IMG/VR virus record: IMGVR_UViG_3300046660_000367
Location: 1 to 64,000 of that record
From: a virus
Reading direction: 5' to 3' (one strand)
Length of the DNA stretch: 64,000 nt
Both the position numbers and the translations under genes were made by a program. This document shows, in pieces, positions 63,804 to 64,000 of this stretch. Below the pieces are notes generated by a model. The model was given only the letters and a program-made list of their open reading frames with translations. It did not search any database and was not told where the DNA came from. Position 1 is the first letter of the stretch. Every line of letters begins with the position of its first letter.

Positions 63804-64000
63804 CCACGATCACCTTACTGTATATCGGCAACGACAATATCCTGGAAGTGTGCCATGTGCGCCAGGAACTGACCGGCGACTTTCTTAACAGCGCCACGGT
63901 GTCGGTGACGCTGTTTGACGAGGACGGCACGGAAGTGACAGGCGACACCTGGCCCAAGCCCATGCCCTATGTGGACAGCAGCAAGGGCGTGTACCGCGCC
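63800..64000 (+). CDS. Structural protein, 3'-truncated (not in the ORF track)
   Basis: ATGA overlap; MTTITLLYIGNDNILEV...SKGVYRA open to the window end. Confidence 0.7.
   Translation, partial: MTTITLLYIGNDNILEVCHVRQELTGDFLNSATVSVTLFDEDGTEVTGDTWPKPMPYVDSSKGVYRA

Overview
A 64-kb, high-GC stretch of one temperate phage, most likely a phage-plasmid. The host is probably a betaproteobacterium; several small ORF families resemble ones I recall from Oxalobacteraceae (Massilia/Duganella/Janthinobacterium), which is inference only. Layout: virion/ejection genes (1-24328) including a lytic transglycosylase and a 6419-aa DarB-like polyvalent protein; lysis genes (24399-25643); a long leftward accessory region (25801-49211) interrupted by a RepL-family plasmid replicon (34414-35760) and a type Ib ParA/RHH partition cassette with an AT-rich centromere-like array (42731-44345); a lambda-like immunity switch with three left and three right operators (49253-50804); helicase/primase, Q-like antiterminator and late control region; then tail fibre/spike genes running off the right end. 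No integrase, terminase, portal, capsid, tRNA, CRISPR or reverse transcriptase was seen. Main observations: (1) two genes overprinted in the +1 frame inside the giant protein, each with its own RBS and host-like codon usage; (2) the giant protein carries a C5-MTase-like and a TGT/DpdA-like domain besides the N6-MTase/SNF2, metallopeptidase and ART modules; (3) truncated or orphan regulator and defence domains (WYL-less CapW/BrxR wHTH, divergent Acb2-like protein, HigA-, HipB- and HicA-like orphans, H-NS plus truncated H-NS); (4) a LuxR solo with a degenerate AHL pocket and an apparently non-cleavable CI. All family assignments are by motif recognition from memory; no database search was run.
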